64,000 nucleotides of DNA from NCBI GenBank assembly GCA_963648925.1, contig CAVJFO010000015.1:117426-181425 (forward strand), given 5' to 3'. This stretch comes from Hallerella sp. Its GTDB lineage: Bacteria; Bacillota_I; Bacilli_A; RFN20; CAG-826. Below are positions 22,432 through 31,795 of this stretch, piece by piece. A model generated the notes under the pieces. It saw only the letters and a list, made by a program, of their open reading frames with translations. It was not told where the DNA came from and did no database searches. Each line of letters opens with the position of its first letter. The first letter of the stretch is position 1. A program made the translations under genes and the position numbers.

Positions 22432-23778
22432 ATGCACGAATTAAAACTGTTCAATTCACTTGGTATGAAAGAAGAAGTGTTTACCCCTCTAGTTGAAGGA
22501 AAGGTTTCTATTTATTGTTGTGGACCAACAGTTTATAACGATCCCCACATTGGCAACTTCCGTCCGGTAATTACTTTTGACGTATTAAGAAGATTACTTA
22601 TTCATCTCGGATATGAAGTTACTTTCGTTTCCAATTACACGGACGTCGATGACAAAATCATTAATCGTTCGAAAGAATTAGGAATTAGCGAAAAAGAATT
22701 AACAACTTCCGTTATTAACGAATATCGTCGTTTAGTTAGTGAGGTTGGCGCTCTTCAACCTGATTACACGCCAACTCCAACGGTTTATATGCCTCAAATA
22801 ATATCTTACGTAAAGGATTTGGTTGACAAAGGCTACGCTTATGAAGCTGACGGAGACGTTTATCTTTCTGTTAAGGATATTCCATCTTATGGTGAGTTAT
22901 CCGGAAACTCCGTTGAAGATTTAGAAAATGGAGCGAGAATTGCCGTTGGCGATAAAAAAAGAGATCCAGTTGATTTTGCTTTATGGAAGAAAACAGCTGA
23001 AGGAATCAAATGGAGCACTCCTTGGAGCGAAGGACGCCCTGGATGGCACACTGAATGCTGCGTCATGATTCATTCTATATTCAATGACCAAAATGGCTAT
23101 ATTGATATTCATGGCGGTGGATTTGACCTTAAATTCCCTCACCATGAAAACGAAATTGCTCAAGCAAAAGCTCATGACGGGCATAAATTAGCTCATTTTT
23201 GGATGCATAACGGATTTATCAATATCAACAATGAAAAGATGTCTAAATCTTTAGGCAATGTGATTTTGATGAAAGATGTCGTTAATGAGTATGGCGGAAT
23301 TCCATTTAGATTGATGTTACTTGCTTCACATTATCGTGCGCCTGCGGCTTTCTCTGGAGACACGATTAAGGAAGCCCAAACCAAATATTCGCAAATTGTA
23401 ACCGCGACAAGAAAAGTTGCTATCATTCTTGAAAGAAACGGTATTGATATAGACACTTTAAAACCGAGCGATGAAAGTAAGTTCCTCGATGCTATTTGCG
23501 ATGATCTAAACACCCCAAACGCCCTTACTGTTTTATATGATGAGCTAAAGACCCTCAATTCTTTATGGCGCGTCAAAGAAATAAATTACGAGGCTTTAAA
23601 AGATTCCTTCGCTAAAGTTAAAACGTATTGCGATGTTTTAGGGCTAAATTTGCCTCTTCCAAGATTGAATGATGAAGACAAAAAACTTTATGAGGAGTAT
23701 GATTTAGCTAAGAAAAATAAAGATTTCGCTAAATCTGATGAAATTCGTCAACTTTTAGTTGATAGAAATATATTCTAA
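22432..23778 (+). CDS. cysS: Cysteine--tRNA ligase
   Basis: HIGN and KMSKSLGN motifs, plus zinc ligands. Start could alternatively be ATG 22423. Confidence 0.95.
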   Translation: MHELKLFNSLGMKEEVFTPLVEGKVSIYCCGPTVYNDPHIGNFRPVITFDVLRRLLIHLGYEVTFVSNYTDVDDKIINRSKELGISEKELTTSVINEYRRLVSEVGALQPDYTPTPTVYMPQIISYVKDLVDKGYAYEADGDVYLSVKDIPSYGELSGNSVEDLENGARIAVGDKKRDPVDFALWKKTAEGIKWSTPWSEGRPGWHTECCVMIHSIFNDQNGYIDIHGGGFDLKFPHHENEIAQAKAHDGHKLAHFWMHNGFININNEKMSKSLGNVILMKDVVNEYGGIPFRLMLLASHYRAPAAFSGDTIKEAQTKYSQIVTATRKVAIILERNGIDIDTLKPSDESKFLDAICDDLNTPNALTVLYDELKTLNSLWRVKEINYEALKDSFAKVKTYCDVLGLNLPLPRLNDEDKKLYEEYDLAKKNKDFAKSDEIRQLLVDRNIF

Positions 23779-23790
23779 CAAGGAGGAGTT

Positions 23791-24546
23791 ATGGTGCTTG
23801 AAAACACAACCACATGGAATAGCTGGGATAACGACATTGTCAATTTCTTTAATTCCGGCTTCAATGGCGCAATTTCTTCTCAAGCAGGAAATTTAATACT
23901 TATCGCAATATCTTTGCTTCTTGGAGGACTCTTCTCAGGCTTAATCGGCTTTGAAAGAGAATTCAAAGGACATGATGCAGGACTAAGAACACACTTATTA
24001 GTCGGACTTGGCTCTGATTTGGTTATGATTATCTCCATTTATGGTTTTGGAACATGGACCGGAAGCAGGGATCCAGCTCGTTTAGCGGCTCAAGTTGTTA
24101 CAGGCGTTGGCTTTTTAGGCGCTGGCGCCATCTTGAATAATGGTTTAGATGTTAAGGGCCTTACAACTGCGGCCACGATTTGGATATCAATGGCTATTGG
24201 CCTTGCTTGCGGAAGTGGCAATTTCATAATTGCGGCAATGGGCTTTGCCCTAGCCTTCGTTTCCCTTATCGTCCTTCATAAGGTTGATAAATGGATTGCT
24301 GGAAGGAATCCAGCCGTAATGATCATCGTTCCTTCAGATAAACCATCTTTGAAAGAAATCATCTTGATTGCCAATAGATATAACATCGCAATAAGAGATG
24401 TTCATACGGAACTAGTGTCTTATCAGGACAACTCCGCTTTGAGAATTACGTTACGTTGCGCATTCGCATCAAAGGAGACTGTCACCTCCTTTTCTGATGA
24501 AGTTAGATTCACTTTAAAACCATTAGAATTAAAAGTTTCAGTTTAG
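23791..24546 (+). CDS. MgtC/SapB family membrane protein
   Basis: MgtC N-terminal domain (GLIGFERE...GLRTH.LVGLGS...GVGFLGAG). GGAGG RBS. Confidence 0.75.
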   Translation: MVLENTTTWNSWDNDIVNFFNSGFNGAISSQAGNLILIAISLLLGGLFSGLIGFEREFKGHDAGLRTHLLVGLGSDLVMIISIYGFGTWTGSRDPARLAAQVVTGVGFLGAGAILNNGLDVKGLTTAATIWISMAIGLACGSGNFIIAAMGFALAFVSLIVLHKVDKWIAGRNPAVMIIVPSDKPSLKEIILIANRYNIAIRDVHTELVSYQDNSALRITLRCAFASKETVTSFSDEVRFTLKPLELKVSV

Positions 24547-24575
24547 TATTGTAAAATGACAAGGTGTTAGATATA

Positions 24576-25301
24576 ATGATTATGCAAGTTTACGGCAAGA
24601 ATGCCGTCCGAGCGACAATAGAAGCTGGTAATGGTATTACGTTATATACCATGAAACGTTTCGAGAATGATGAACTTGTTTCGCTTGCTCGGAAAAAAGG
24701 AGTCTCGGTCAAATTCGTTAATGATGGCGATTTGACAAATATGGCTAAAAGTCAATCCCACCAAGGCTTTGTAGTCACGAGCGATGGTATTAGGAGTTAT
24801 TCTCTCGAAGAATTACTTCAAAGTATTCCTTCTGATAAGAAGAATCCTTTGATAGTTATTTTAGATGGAATCGAAGATCCTCATAACTTAGGCGCTATAA
24901 TTCGCACTTGCGATGCTTTTAGCGTAGACGGAATCATCATGAAGAAATATGGCGAAGTCCAATTGAATTCGACTGTTGCCAAAGTTTCAACTGGCGCTAT
25001 AAATTATGTTAAAGTTGCAGTTGTTACCAATCTTAATCAAGCCATTGAAAAATTAAAGAAGGCTGGTTTTTGGGTTGTTTCTTCCGATGGTTCTGCCACA
25101 GGTTCTTATTTGGATGTCGATTATAATTCTCCTATTGCGTTAGTGGTGGGAAGTGAAGGTTTTGGAATTTCCAAGTTAGTTTTAAAGAATTCTGACTTTA
25201 TCGTGAAAATTCCAATGACTGGTCACGTTAACTCATTAAATGCCTCGGTTGCCACGGCTATCCTTATTTCCGGCGTTGTCGCTCAACGCACCAAGAAATA
25301 A
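24576..25301 (+). CDS. rlmB: 23S rRNA (guanosine-2'-O)-methyltransferase, RlmB/SpoU (TrmH) family
   Basis: SpoU methylase motifs (DPHNLGAIIRT; VVGSEG.G). Conserved position between cysS and sigH as in Bacillus. Confidence 0.85.
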   Translation: MIMQVYGKNAVRATIEAGNGITLYTMKRFENDELVSLARKKGVSVKFVNDGDLTNMAKSQSHQGFVVTSDGIRSYSLEELLQSIPSDKKNPLIVILDGIEDPHNLGAIIRTCDAFSVDGIIMKKYGEVQLNSTVAKVSTGAINYVKVAVVTNLNQAIEKLKKAGFWVVSSDGSATGSYLDVDYNSPIALVVGSEGFGISKLVLKNSDFIVKIPMTGHVNSLNASVATAILISGVVAQRTKK

Positions 25302-25316
25302 GAAAGAGTGGTATTT

Positions 25317-25916
25317 ATGAATTTTGAATCAACTTCGGACGAAAGTCTGCTACTAATGGCAAGAAGCCAAAACGCTGATGCTTATTGCACTTTGACAAAG
25401 AGGTATTTCGATAAGAAAAAACTTCTTTGCAATCAAGCTTCCGCAGCTTTATCTTGCATGTTCGACCAATGGGATTTGAATCATGCTTTTTATCTTGCGT
25501 TTAATTCTACCATTAAAAGTTATTCTTTAGGGGAAGGAAGTTTCCATTCCTATTTTGTGAGATGTTTGAAAAACGCCTTAATAAGAGAGGCTGAGAAACT
25601 TCATTTATTTAAAAATGTTCCAACGGTTTCGTTAGATTTTGTTTCTTCGGATTCTAATGAGTCTACGTTGCATGACGTAATTCAAGATACTGGCGAAGAA
25701 GACCCTAGAATGTATGTCAATTATCTTGAGGAAGCGCAAAAATTTTCTAGATTGAAAGAGAAGATTGACGACGAGGTTCTCCAAGTGGCCAGATTGAAAA
25801 TTGACGGTTGCAAATTTACTGAAATAGCCAAGATTCTTTCTATATCGCCAAAAAGAGCCAGCAGAGATTATGAGAAATACGAGGAACTAGTTAAAAGCAT
25901 CGTCTTTGGCAAGTGA
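25317..25916 (+). CDS. Divergent sigma-70 family sigma factor, SigH-like by position
   Basis: Region-2-like and region-4 HTH (FTEIAKILSISPKRASRDYEK). Same locus as B. subtilis sigH (between rlmB and rpmG). Start could be GTG 25308. Confidence 0.55.
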   Translation: MNFESTSDESLLLMARSQNADAYCTLTKRYFDKKKLLCNQASAALSCMFDQWDLNHAFYLAFNSTIKSYSLGEGSFHSYFVRCLKNALIREAEKLHLFKNVPTVSLDFVSSDSNESTLHDVIQDTGEEDPRMYVNYLEEAQKFSRLKEKIDDEVLQVARLKIDGCKFTEIAKILSISPKRASRDYEKYEELVKSIVFGK

Positions 25917-25969
25917 TATTTCTTAAGAAATAATTTGCTTAAATTTGCTTCAGCGCTTATATTATTTAT

Positions 25970-25997
25970 GCGAAGCAAGTGAATCTTCGCTTTTTTC
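25970..25997 (+). terminator. Rho-independent terminator
   Basis: Stem GCGAAG/CTTCGC followed by TTTTTT. Confidence 0.6.
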
Positions 25998-26034
25998 ATA
26001 GTGAATAAAACTATGAGTTCTGAGGTAATGACGC

Positions 26035-26184
26035 ATGAGTAGAGAAAAAGTATTCTTAATTTGCTCCGATTGTTTGTCTAGAAACTATCAAGTTAGCAAA
26101 AGGCAAGACGATCCGCGCCGCTTAGAATTGAAGAAATTTTGCCCTCATTGTGGTAAATACACAATCCATAAAGAGAGTAAATAA
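26035..26184 (+). CDS. rpmG: 50S ribosomal protein L33 (zinc-ribbon type)
   Basis: Manual translation gives MSREKVFLICSDCLSRNYQVSKRQDDPRRLELKKFCPHCGKYTIHKESK. GAGGTAA RBS. Confidence 0.9.
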   Translation: MSREKVFLICSDCLSRNYQVSKRQDDPRRLELKKFCPHCGKYTIHKESK

Positions 26185-26201
26185 GTTGGAAGGAGACTCT
26201 T

Positions 26202-26396
26202 ATGCCTAATCCAGTTAAGTATATGAAAGAAGTTGTCCGTGAAGGCAAACGTGTTCGTTGGCCTAAACGTGATACCTTATGGCCAACGATAGCAGTTGTC
26301 GTTGTAATCGCAGTTTTTGCCGCCGTTTTCCTCTCATTGGAGGATTTAGCCGCCGCAAAAATCATTGAACAATTAAAAGCAGCCTTTGGAGGATAA
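26202..26396 (+). CDS. secE: Preprotein translocase subunit SecE
   Basis: 64 aa with a single TM helix. SecE conserved N-terminus (EV..E..KV.WP...). Confidence 0.9.
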   Translation: MPNPVKYMKEVVREGKRVRWPKRDTLWPTIAVVVVIAVFAAVFLSLEDLAAAKIIEQLKAAFGG

Positions 26397-26400
26397 GAAC

Positions 26401-26961
26401 ATGGCAAACGATTTAGCTGAAAAACATTGGTATATTGTCAATACCTATTCTGCTCATGAAGCAAAAACAGCAGAAAACATCAAAAACCGTATTAAAACAA
26501 TGAACATGGGAGAGTACATTTTCCGTGTATTGGTTGCTGAATACGAAGAAAAGTGTATCGATAAAGAAACTGGGCTTCCAAACGGAAAGGTCAAAGTTAA
26601 AAACCTTTATCCAGGTTACATCTTTGTTGAAATGATCATGACGACTGAATCTTGGTTTGTTGTTCGTAATACTCCAGGTGTTACTGGTATTACTGGATCT
26701 AGCGGTGGCGGTAAGATGCCTACCCCTATTTCCCGCGAAGAAATCGAACCAGTTCTTAAGAGAATGGGTCTTGTTGATGAGGCTATGTATGATCGTTACA
26801 ACGTTGGCGACAAAGTCAAAATCATTTCTGGTCCACTTGAAGGAACTGAAGGCGATATCGTCTCTATCGATAAAGATACAGGCGCATGCCGCGTTAACAC
26901 AATCTTCTTTGGACGTTCTACGCCAGTCGATGTCGAATTCTCTGAAATCGAGAAGATCTAA
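26401..26961 (+). CDS. nusG: Transcription termination/antitermination factor NusG
   Basis: NGN domain (WY.V.T.S..E) and a C-terminal KOW domain (GDKV.I..GP..G..G). Confidence 0.95.
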   Translation: MANDLAEKHWYIVNTYSAHEAKTAENIKNRIKTMNMGEYIFRVLVAEYEEKCIDKETGLPNGKVKVKNLYPGYIFVEMIMTTESWFVVRNTPGVTGITGSSGGGKMPTPISREEIEPVLKRMGLVDEAMYDRYNVGDKVKIISGPLEGTEGDIVSIDKDTGACRVNTIFFGRSTPVDVEFSEIEKI

Positions 26962-26980
26962 TCATTCTAAGCATTTGAAG

Positions 26981-27008
26981 AATCCTCATTTTTATGAGGA
27001 TTTTTTTA
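26981..27008 (+). terminator. Rho-independent terminator after nusG
   Basis: Stem ATCCTCAT/ATGAGGAT with loop TTTT, followed by a T7 run. Confidence 0.75.
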
Positions 27009-27019
27009 TTTTATTAATA

Positions 27020-27095
27020 CATGAAAATTCATTCATATTTATATTGATATATGAATGGTTATTCATTATAATTGTCTACGTTAAATATGAAAGGA
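27020..27095 (+). promoter_or_regulatory. AT-rich promoter/operator region of the arsR-ATPase operon with inverted repeats (TTCATAT...ATATGAA; TGAATGG...ATTCAT)
   Basis: Dyad-symmetric TCATAT/ATATGA elements upstream of the ArsR-family gene. ArsR/SmtB repressors bind such dyads. Confidence 0.4.
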
Positions 27096-27102
27096 TATTC
27101 AT

Positions 27103-27408
27103 ATGTCAGAATTGCCAAATGAAAAAATAATCGACTCAATGGAAGATTTATTAAGCGTTGCTTCCGATTCTACGAGGCTAAAAATAATGCTTTCTATCTC
27201 TGAAGAAGAACATAACGTAACGGAGATAATGAATATTGTTGGAGCATCTCAATCTCTTGTTTCGCATCAGTTAGAAATACTTCGCAAGCATCGCATCGTG
27301 AATGTACGTAAAGATGGCAGGAAAGCTTATTACATTCTCTCGGACCATCACATAAACGAATTAATTAAAGTGGTCTATGAACACGTTATGGAAAAAGAAG
27401 GAGAATGA
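27103..27408 (+). CDS. ArsR/SmtB family metalloregulator with an alpha5-type metal site (DxHx10Hx2E) and no cysteines
   Basis: Winged HTH (LVSHQLEILRKHRIV). C-terminus DHHINELIKVVYEHVMEKE fits the SmtB/CzrA alpha5 Zn/Co site. Confidence 0.8.
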   Translation: MSELPNEKIIDSMEDLLSVASDSTRLKIMLSISEEEHNVTEIMNIVGASQSLVSHQLEILRKHRIVNVRKDGRKAYYILSDHHINELIKVVYEHVMEKEGE

Positions 27409-27410
27409 GT

Positions 27411-29327
27411 ATGCCTGAAGAAAAGAAAGAAATATTAGTTAACAGCATCCGTTTAGTTTTAGGCTTAACTGCTGCATTACTCGGATTATTTGTATTCAAC
27501 GAAAATAATTATGGCGTATTCGTTAATCTTGCCGTCATGGTTATTGCCTGGCTGATTGTAGGCTACGATATTATCGTCAAAGCATTTACTTCCCTAGTCA
27601 AAGAGAAGAATCCATTTGATGAAAACATGTTAATGCTTATTGCCTCTATTGGTGCTTTTTGCCTTCGTATATTTGGAAAGGACGAAGGGGAAGTATTTGG
27701 AAATGAGTTTTTTGAAGCGTTCATGGTTGCATTCCTTTTCCAACTTGGGGACATCTTTGAAGATCTTGCAACAGATAAATCCCATGAAGCTATAACTAGT
27801 GCCGTTGGCCTTAGGGCTAAAAAAGCATCTCTCTTAGTTGATGGAGAAGTCAAATTTGTAAAACCTGAAGAACTTAAGGTTGATGATGAAATTCTAGTAA
27901 AAGTCGGCGAAATATTGCCTGCGGACGGAAAAATTATTTCCGGAGAAGGTGACATTGATATGTCTTCTCTTACTGGGGAATTTAATCCCGTCTATAGAAA
28001 AACTGGCGACTTTGTTAATTCCGGTACAATTCTAAAAAATGGATCATTGACAGTTAAAGTTACGAAATCATACGAAGATTCCACTGTTAGCAAGATTATT
28101 TCCCTTGTCGAGGAGTCTTCTGAGCAAAAATCCAAGGCTGATAAATTCATCACGAAATTCGCTAAAATCTATACTCCAATAGTTGTTTCTATCGCCATAC
28201 TTATTGCAATAATTCCTCCGCTCATTATCGGAATAAACAATACTGAAGTCTGGAAACAATGGATTAAAATCGCTGTATCTATCTTAGTTATTTCTTGCCC
28301 TTGCGCAGTTGTTGTCTCAGTCCCGCTTGCTTATTTTGCTGGCATTGGTTTAGCCTCAAAACATGGAATCATCGTTAAAGGAGGAACTTATTTCGATCAA
28401 TTGAATGATTTAGGGATCCTTGTAACTGACAAAACGGGAACGTTGACGCTTGGGAAATTCGTTATTGAAGAAGTTTACGCTGAAGGAATTTCAAAAGAAG
28501 AATTTCTTGAATATGCAGTTGCGGCAGAATCCCGTTCTAATCACCCTATCGCCAAAGCGATTGTTGGAGAAACTGACATTTCAACAATTTCTAAAGATAT
28601 TACCGAATATAACGAAATCGCTGGATTTGGTGAAGAATTAACTTATAAAAAACACACTATTCTAGCTGGTAATGACAAGTTACTTTCTAAGCATTCAATT
28701 TCTTTTGAAAAAGCCGATACAATCGGGACAATCGTATATCTTGCCGTTGATGGTAAATATGTGGGATACATTCAATTAAGTGATCAAATAAAGGATGCTT
28801 CAGAACCAACAATTAACAATCTCCATTCCCTTGGCATCAAAACGATTATGTTAACTGGAGACAAGGAGAATAGTGCTAAAAAAGTTGCCAATATTTTAAA
28901 GATTGACGAAGTTCGCTCCGAGCTTCTTCCAGAAGAAAAAACCGCGGTTTTAAAAGAAACAATTGACGGAAGTTCTAAAGCGGTCGCCTATGTTGGAGAT
29001 GGCATCAATGACGCTCCTAGTATTACCCTTGCCGATGTTGGATTTGCAATGGGCGGAGTCGGAAGCGATTTAGCCGTTGAAAATGCAAACATCGTTATCA
29101 TGAACGATGATATCTCAAAGGTTTATACGGCAATAAAGATTGCTAAAGCAACAAGAAATAGAGCGGTTTTCAATGTAGTTGCTTCTTTATTAATCAAACT
29201 AGCGATTGCGTTATGTTCCATCTTCATTCCTAATTTCCCATTAATGATCGCTGTCTTTGCCGATACTGGTGTGACTTTATTAATGGTCGCATCATCGATT
29301 TCCTTGCTAATTCACAAGGTAAAATAA
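27411..29327 (+). CDS. P1B-type heavy-metal translocating ATPase (CPC motif, no N-terminal metal-binding domain); likely Zn/Cd/Co exporter
   Basis: Motifs CPC (TM6), DKTGTLT, GDGINDAP and TGE. No HMA/GMTCxxC domain. AAGGAG sits 7 nt before ATG 27411, and the gene is 3 nt after the arsR stop. Confidence 0.85.
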   Translation: MPEEKKEILVNSIRLVLGLTAALLGLFVFNENNYGVFVNLAVMVIAWLIVGYDIIVKAFTSLVKEKNPFDENMLMLIASIGAFCLRIFGKDEGEVFGNEFFEAFMVAFLFQLGDIFEDLATDKSHEAITSAVGLRAKKASLLVDGEVKFVKPEELKVDDEILVKVGEILPADGKIISGEGDIDMSSLTGEFNPVYRKTGDFVNSGTILKNGSLTVKVTKSYEDSTVSKIISLVEESSEQKSKADKFITKFAKIYTPIVVSIAILIAIIPPLIIGINNTEVWKQWIKIAVSILVISCPCAVVVSVPLAYFAGIGLASKHGIIVKGGTYFDQLNDLGILVTDKTGTLTLGKFVIEEVYAEGISKEEFLEYAVAAESRSNHPIAKAIVGETDISTISKDITEYNEIAGFGEELTYKKHTILAGNDKLLSKHSISFEKADTIGTIVYLAVDGKYVGYIQLSDQIKDASEPTINNLHSLGIKTIMLTGDKENSAKKVANILKIDEVRSELLPEEKTAVLKETIDGSSKAVAYVGDGINDAPSITLADVGFAMGGVGSDLAVENANIVIMNDDISKVYTAIKIAKATRNRAVFNVVASLLIKLAIALCSIFIPNFPLMIAVFADTGVTLLMVASSISLLIHKVK

Positions 29328-29336
29328 ACAAAAATT

Positions 29337-29364
29337 AAGGTTTCCATTTTCGGAGACCTTTTTA
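29337..29364 (+). terminator. Rho-independent terminator after the ATPase
   Basis: 9-bp stem AAGGTTTCC/GGAGACCTT followed by TTT. Confidence 0.6.
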
Positions 29365-29403
29365 TGCATAATGCACAATAAAGTGAACAAAATAAATTTC
29401 TCG

Positions 29404-29432
29404 TTGATTCCTCTCTCACACGTGCGTATAAT
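29404..29432 (+). promoter_or_regulatory. rplK-rplA promoter (TTGATT-17-TATAAT), followed by a ~95-nt leader that may be an L1-binding autoregulatory site
   Basis: Consensus-like -35 and -10 hexamers. The leader contains GGGAUCC...GACGAGGACCC structure. Confidence 0.5.
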
Positions 29433-29526
29433 ACCCAAGCACGCATAAATTAGCGTCGCAGCGTGGTAGGGATCCTTTGACGAGGACCCGAGAAGCCACT
29501 GCATATCGTCAATTAAGGAGGACAAT

Positions 29527-29940
29527 ATGGCAAAGAAAATCGTCAAAGTCCTTAAGATGGAACTCCCAGGTGGAGACGCCCATCCAGGACCAAAGCTTGC
29601 TTCCGCAGGCGTTCAAATGGCTAAATTCTGCACTGACTTTAATGCAAAAACAGCCGACAGAAAAGGACAAACAGTCCCTGTAATCATCACTGCTTATGAA
29701 GACAAATCTTATGACTTCGTTATCAAAACATCACCAGTCACAGATTTACTTCTCAAAGCCGCTGGAATCAAAAAAGGCTCCGGTGTTCCTAACAAAACAA
29801 AAGTAGGACACATCTCTGCTGCTCAACTTGAGGAAATCGCTCAATATAAGATGCCAGATCTTAACGCAAATGACATCGAAGCCGCAAAGAAAATCGTCGA
29901 AGGATCTGCTCGTCAAATGGGCATCACCATCGACAAATAA
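29527..29940 (+). CDS. rplK: 50S ribosomal protein L11
   Basis: L11 family (PPVGPALG..GVN...F...FN). AAGGAGG RBS. Confidence 0.95.
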   Translation: MAKKIVKVLKMELPGGDAHPGPKLASAGVQMAKFCTDFNAKTADRKGQTVPVIITAYEDKSYDFVIKTSPVTDLLLKAAGIKKGSGVPNKTKVGHISAAQLEEIAQYKMPDLNANDIEAAKKIVEGSARQMGITIDK

Positions 29941-29955
29941 TAGGGAGAGACAACA

Positions 29956-30645
29956 ATGAAACAAGGAAAGAAATACATTGCTGCTAAGAAACTCATTGAC
30001 GAAAACAAAGAGTACACCCTTGAAGAGGCAGCCGCTCTTCTCAAAAAGACCAGCACCACAAAATTCGATTCAACAATCGACATCAGCTTCGCGTTAAATG
30101 TTAATCCAACATTAGCTGATCAATTAATCCGTGGAACTTTAGTTCTTCCACACGGAAATGGCAAAACCAAAAAGATTCTTGCTGTTACCAACACCAAACA
30201 AGATGAAGCAAAAGCAGCAGGCGCTGACTTCGTCGGTGGAAAAGAAATGCTCGAAAAGATCCAATCCGAAAACTGGTTTGGCTTCGACATCATCGTTGCT
30301 ACCCCAGATATGATGGGTGAGCTTGGTAAAATGGGTCGTGTCTTAGGTCCTAAAGGCTTAATGCCAAACCCAAAGACCGGAACAGTTTCCATCGAAATTG
30401 GCAAAGCCATCACCGAAATCAAGAAAGGTAAGATCTCTTACCGTGTTGACAAGGATGGCAACTTAAACATCTCTATCGCACGTGTCTCCTTCTCTGAAAG
30501 TGATATCGTCGATAACTTACAATCCGTCATTGACGCAATTGTTAAATCCCGTCCATCAACGGTCAAAGGTGTCTACATCAAAACAGTCGTCGTCCATACA
30601 ACCATGGGCCCTGGCATGAAGATCACCTTCCCAACCAGAAACTAA
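29956..30645 (+). CDS. rplA: 50S ribosomal protein L1
   Basis: L1 family. Conserved position. Confidence 0.95.
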   Translation: MKQGKKYIAAKKLIDENKEYTLEEAAALLKKTSTTKFDSTIDISFALNVNPTLADQLIRGTLVLPHGNGKTKKILAVTNTKQDEAKAAGADFVGGKEMLEKIQSENWFGFDIIVATPDMMGELGKMGRVLGPKGLMPNPKTGTVSIEIGKAITEIKKGKISYRVDKDGNLNISIARVSFSESDIVDNLQSVIDAIVKSRPSTVKGVYIKTVVVHTTMGPGMKITFPTRN

Positions 30646-30798
30646 TTCTGGTCACCAACTTTGGTGAATTGCTTGTTATTCCTAAGATAGCAACGGACAC
30701 ATGTCTTAATAAACCACGTTGCTGAGGTTACAAATTCACGAATTAACTCACTAGTTATATCAAGCTTCACATATATATTAAGAAAGGAGGAACACAGT
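30646..30798 (+). ncRNA. Putative ribosomal protein L10 leader (autoregulatory 5' UTR of rplJ-rplL)
   Basis: 150-nt structured intergenic region at the canonical position of the L10(L12)4-binding leader. Not modelled. Confidence 0.35.
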
Positions 30799-31308
30799 AT
30801 GAATGCATCTGCACTTCAAGCTAAAAAGGATTCCGTTAAGGAAATTACTGAAGGTTTCAAATCCAGCAAGACAGTCGCTATTGTTTCTTATCAAGGCTTA
30901 ACAGTCGCTGAAACACAAGAACTCCGCCGCACCTTAGCAGAAAAGAACGCCAAGATGGGTGTTTACAAAAACACTTTAGTCCGCCGCTCTTTAGCTGATC
31001 AAGGTATCGAAGGATTAGACGAACTTCTTGAAGGACCAAATGCGTTAGTCTTCTCTGAAGATGTTACTAGCGCCGCCAAAATCCTCTACAAATTCTCCCG
31101 TTTCCATGAACATCTCGTCTTACGCGGTGGTCTTGTCGAGGGAAAACCAGTAGATGCCAAAGGCATTAAAGAAGTTGCCAAACTTCCAACAAAAGAAGCA
31201 TTACTCTCTATGTTCTGCATGGTTCTCAACGAACCTATCGCTGGCTTTGCCAGAGTCGCTAATCAAATTAGCGAGAAGGCTGGAGCAGAAGCCCCAGCAG
31301 CCAACTAA
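30799..31308 (+). CDS. rplJ: 50S ribosomal protein L10
   Basis: L10 family. Conserved position. Confidence 0.93.
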   Translation: MNASALQAKKDSVKEITEGFKSSKTVAIVSYQGLTVAETQELRRTLAEKNAKMGVYKNTLVRRSLADQGIEGLDELLEGPNALVFSEDVTSAAKILYKFSRFHEHLVLRGGLVEGKPVDAKGIKEVAKLPTKEALLSMFCMVLNEPIAGFARVANQISEKAGAEAPAAN

Positions 31309-31327
31309 TCTCTAGGAGGAAAAAACA

Positions 31328-31708
31328 ATGGCTGAAAAATTAACAAATGAACAAATCATTGACACTCTCAAACAAATGACCGCCCTTGAACTCAAGGCTC
31401 TCGTTGATGCTGTTTGCGCTGAATTCGGTGTTACCGCCGCTGCCCCAACAGCTGCTGCACCTGCTGAAGAAGAAGGCCCAGTCGCAAAAGGACCAACCGA
31501 AGTCTCCTTATTCTTAAAGGGTCTCGGAACTGCTTCCAAAGTTGCAGTTATCAAAGCAGTCCAAGGCATCACTGGCTTAGGACTTATGGAAGCTAAGAAA
31601 CTCGTTGACTCCGCTCCAGTCGCCGTCAAAGAAAAGATCTCTCCTGTTGAAGCTGAAGCTTACAAGAAGACTCTCACCGATGCTGGCTGTGAAGCTGAAG
31701 TTAAATAA
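31328..31708 (+). CDS. rplL: 50S ribosomal protein L7/L12
   Basis: Ala-rich hinge plus the C-terminal domain ([12 protein letters not shown]). Confidence 0.96.
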   Translation: MAEKLTNEQIIDTLKQMTALELKALVDAVCAEFGVTAAAPTAAAPAEEEGPVAKGPTEVSLFLKGLGTASKVAVIKAVQGITGLGLMEAKKLVDSAPVAVKEKISPVEAEAYKKTLTDAGCEAEVK

Positions 31709-31732
31709 GTTTCACCCCAAATTTGATCTTTG

Positions 31733-31776
31733 CCCTACCCATAGACTACTCGTCGCCTGTGGGTAGGGTTTTGGCA
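31733..31776 (+). terminator. Terminator or attenuator hairpin after rplL
   Basis: CCCTACCCA...TGGGTAGGG stem followed by TTTTGG. Confidence 0.5.
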
Positions 31777-31795
31777 CTTAAAGGAGGAAACAAAA

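Noticed and set aside
26657-27130. 157-aa plus-strand ORF spanning the nusG 3' end into the arsR leader
   Set aside because: It overlaps nusG in another frame and runs through the nusG terminator.
26962-29400. Possible mobile element carrying the arsR-ATPase cassette
   Set aside because: No transposase, integrase, flanking direct repeats or terminal inverted repeats are visible. Composition is similar to the flanks. I treat it as an insertion of unknown mechanism.
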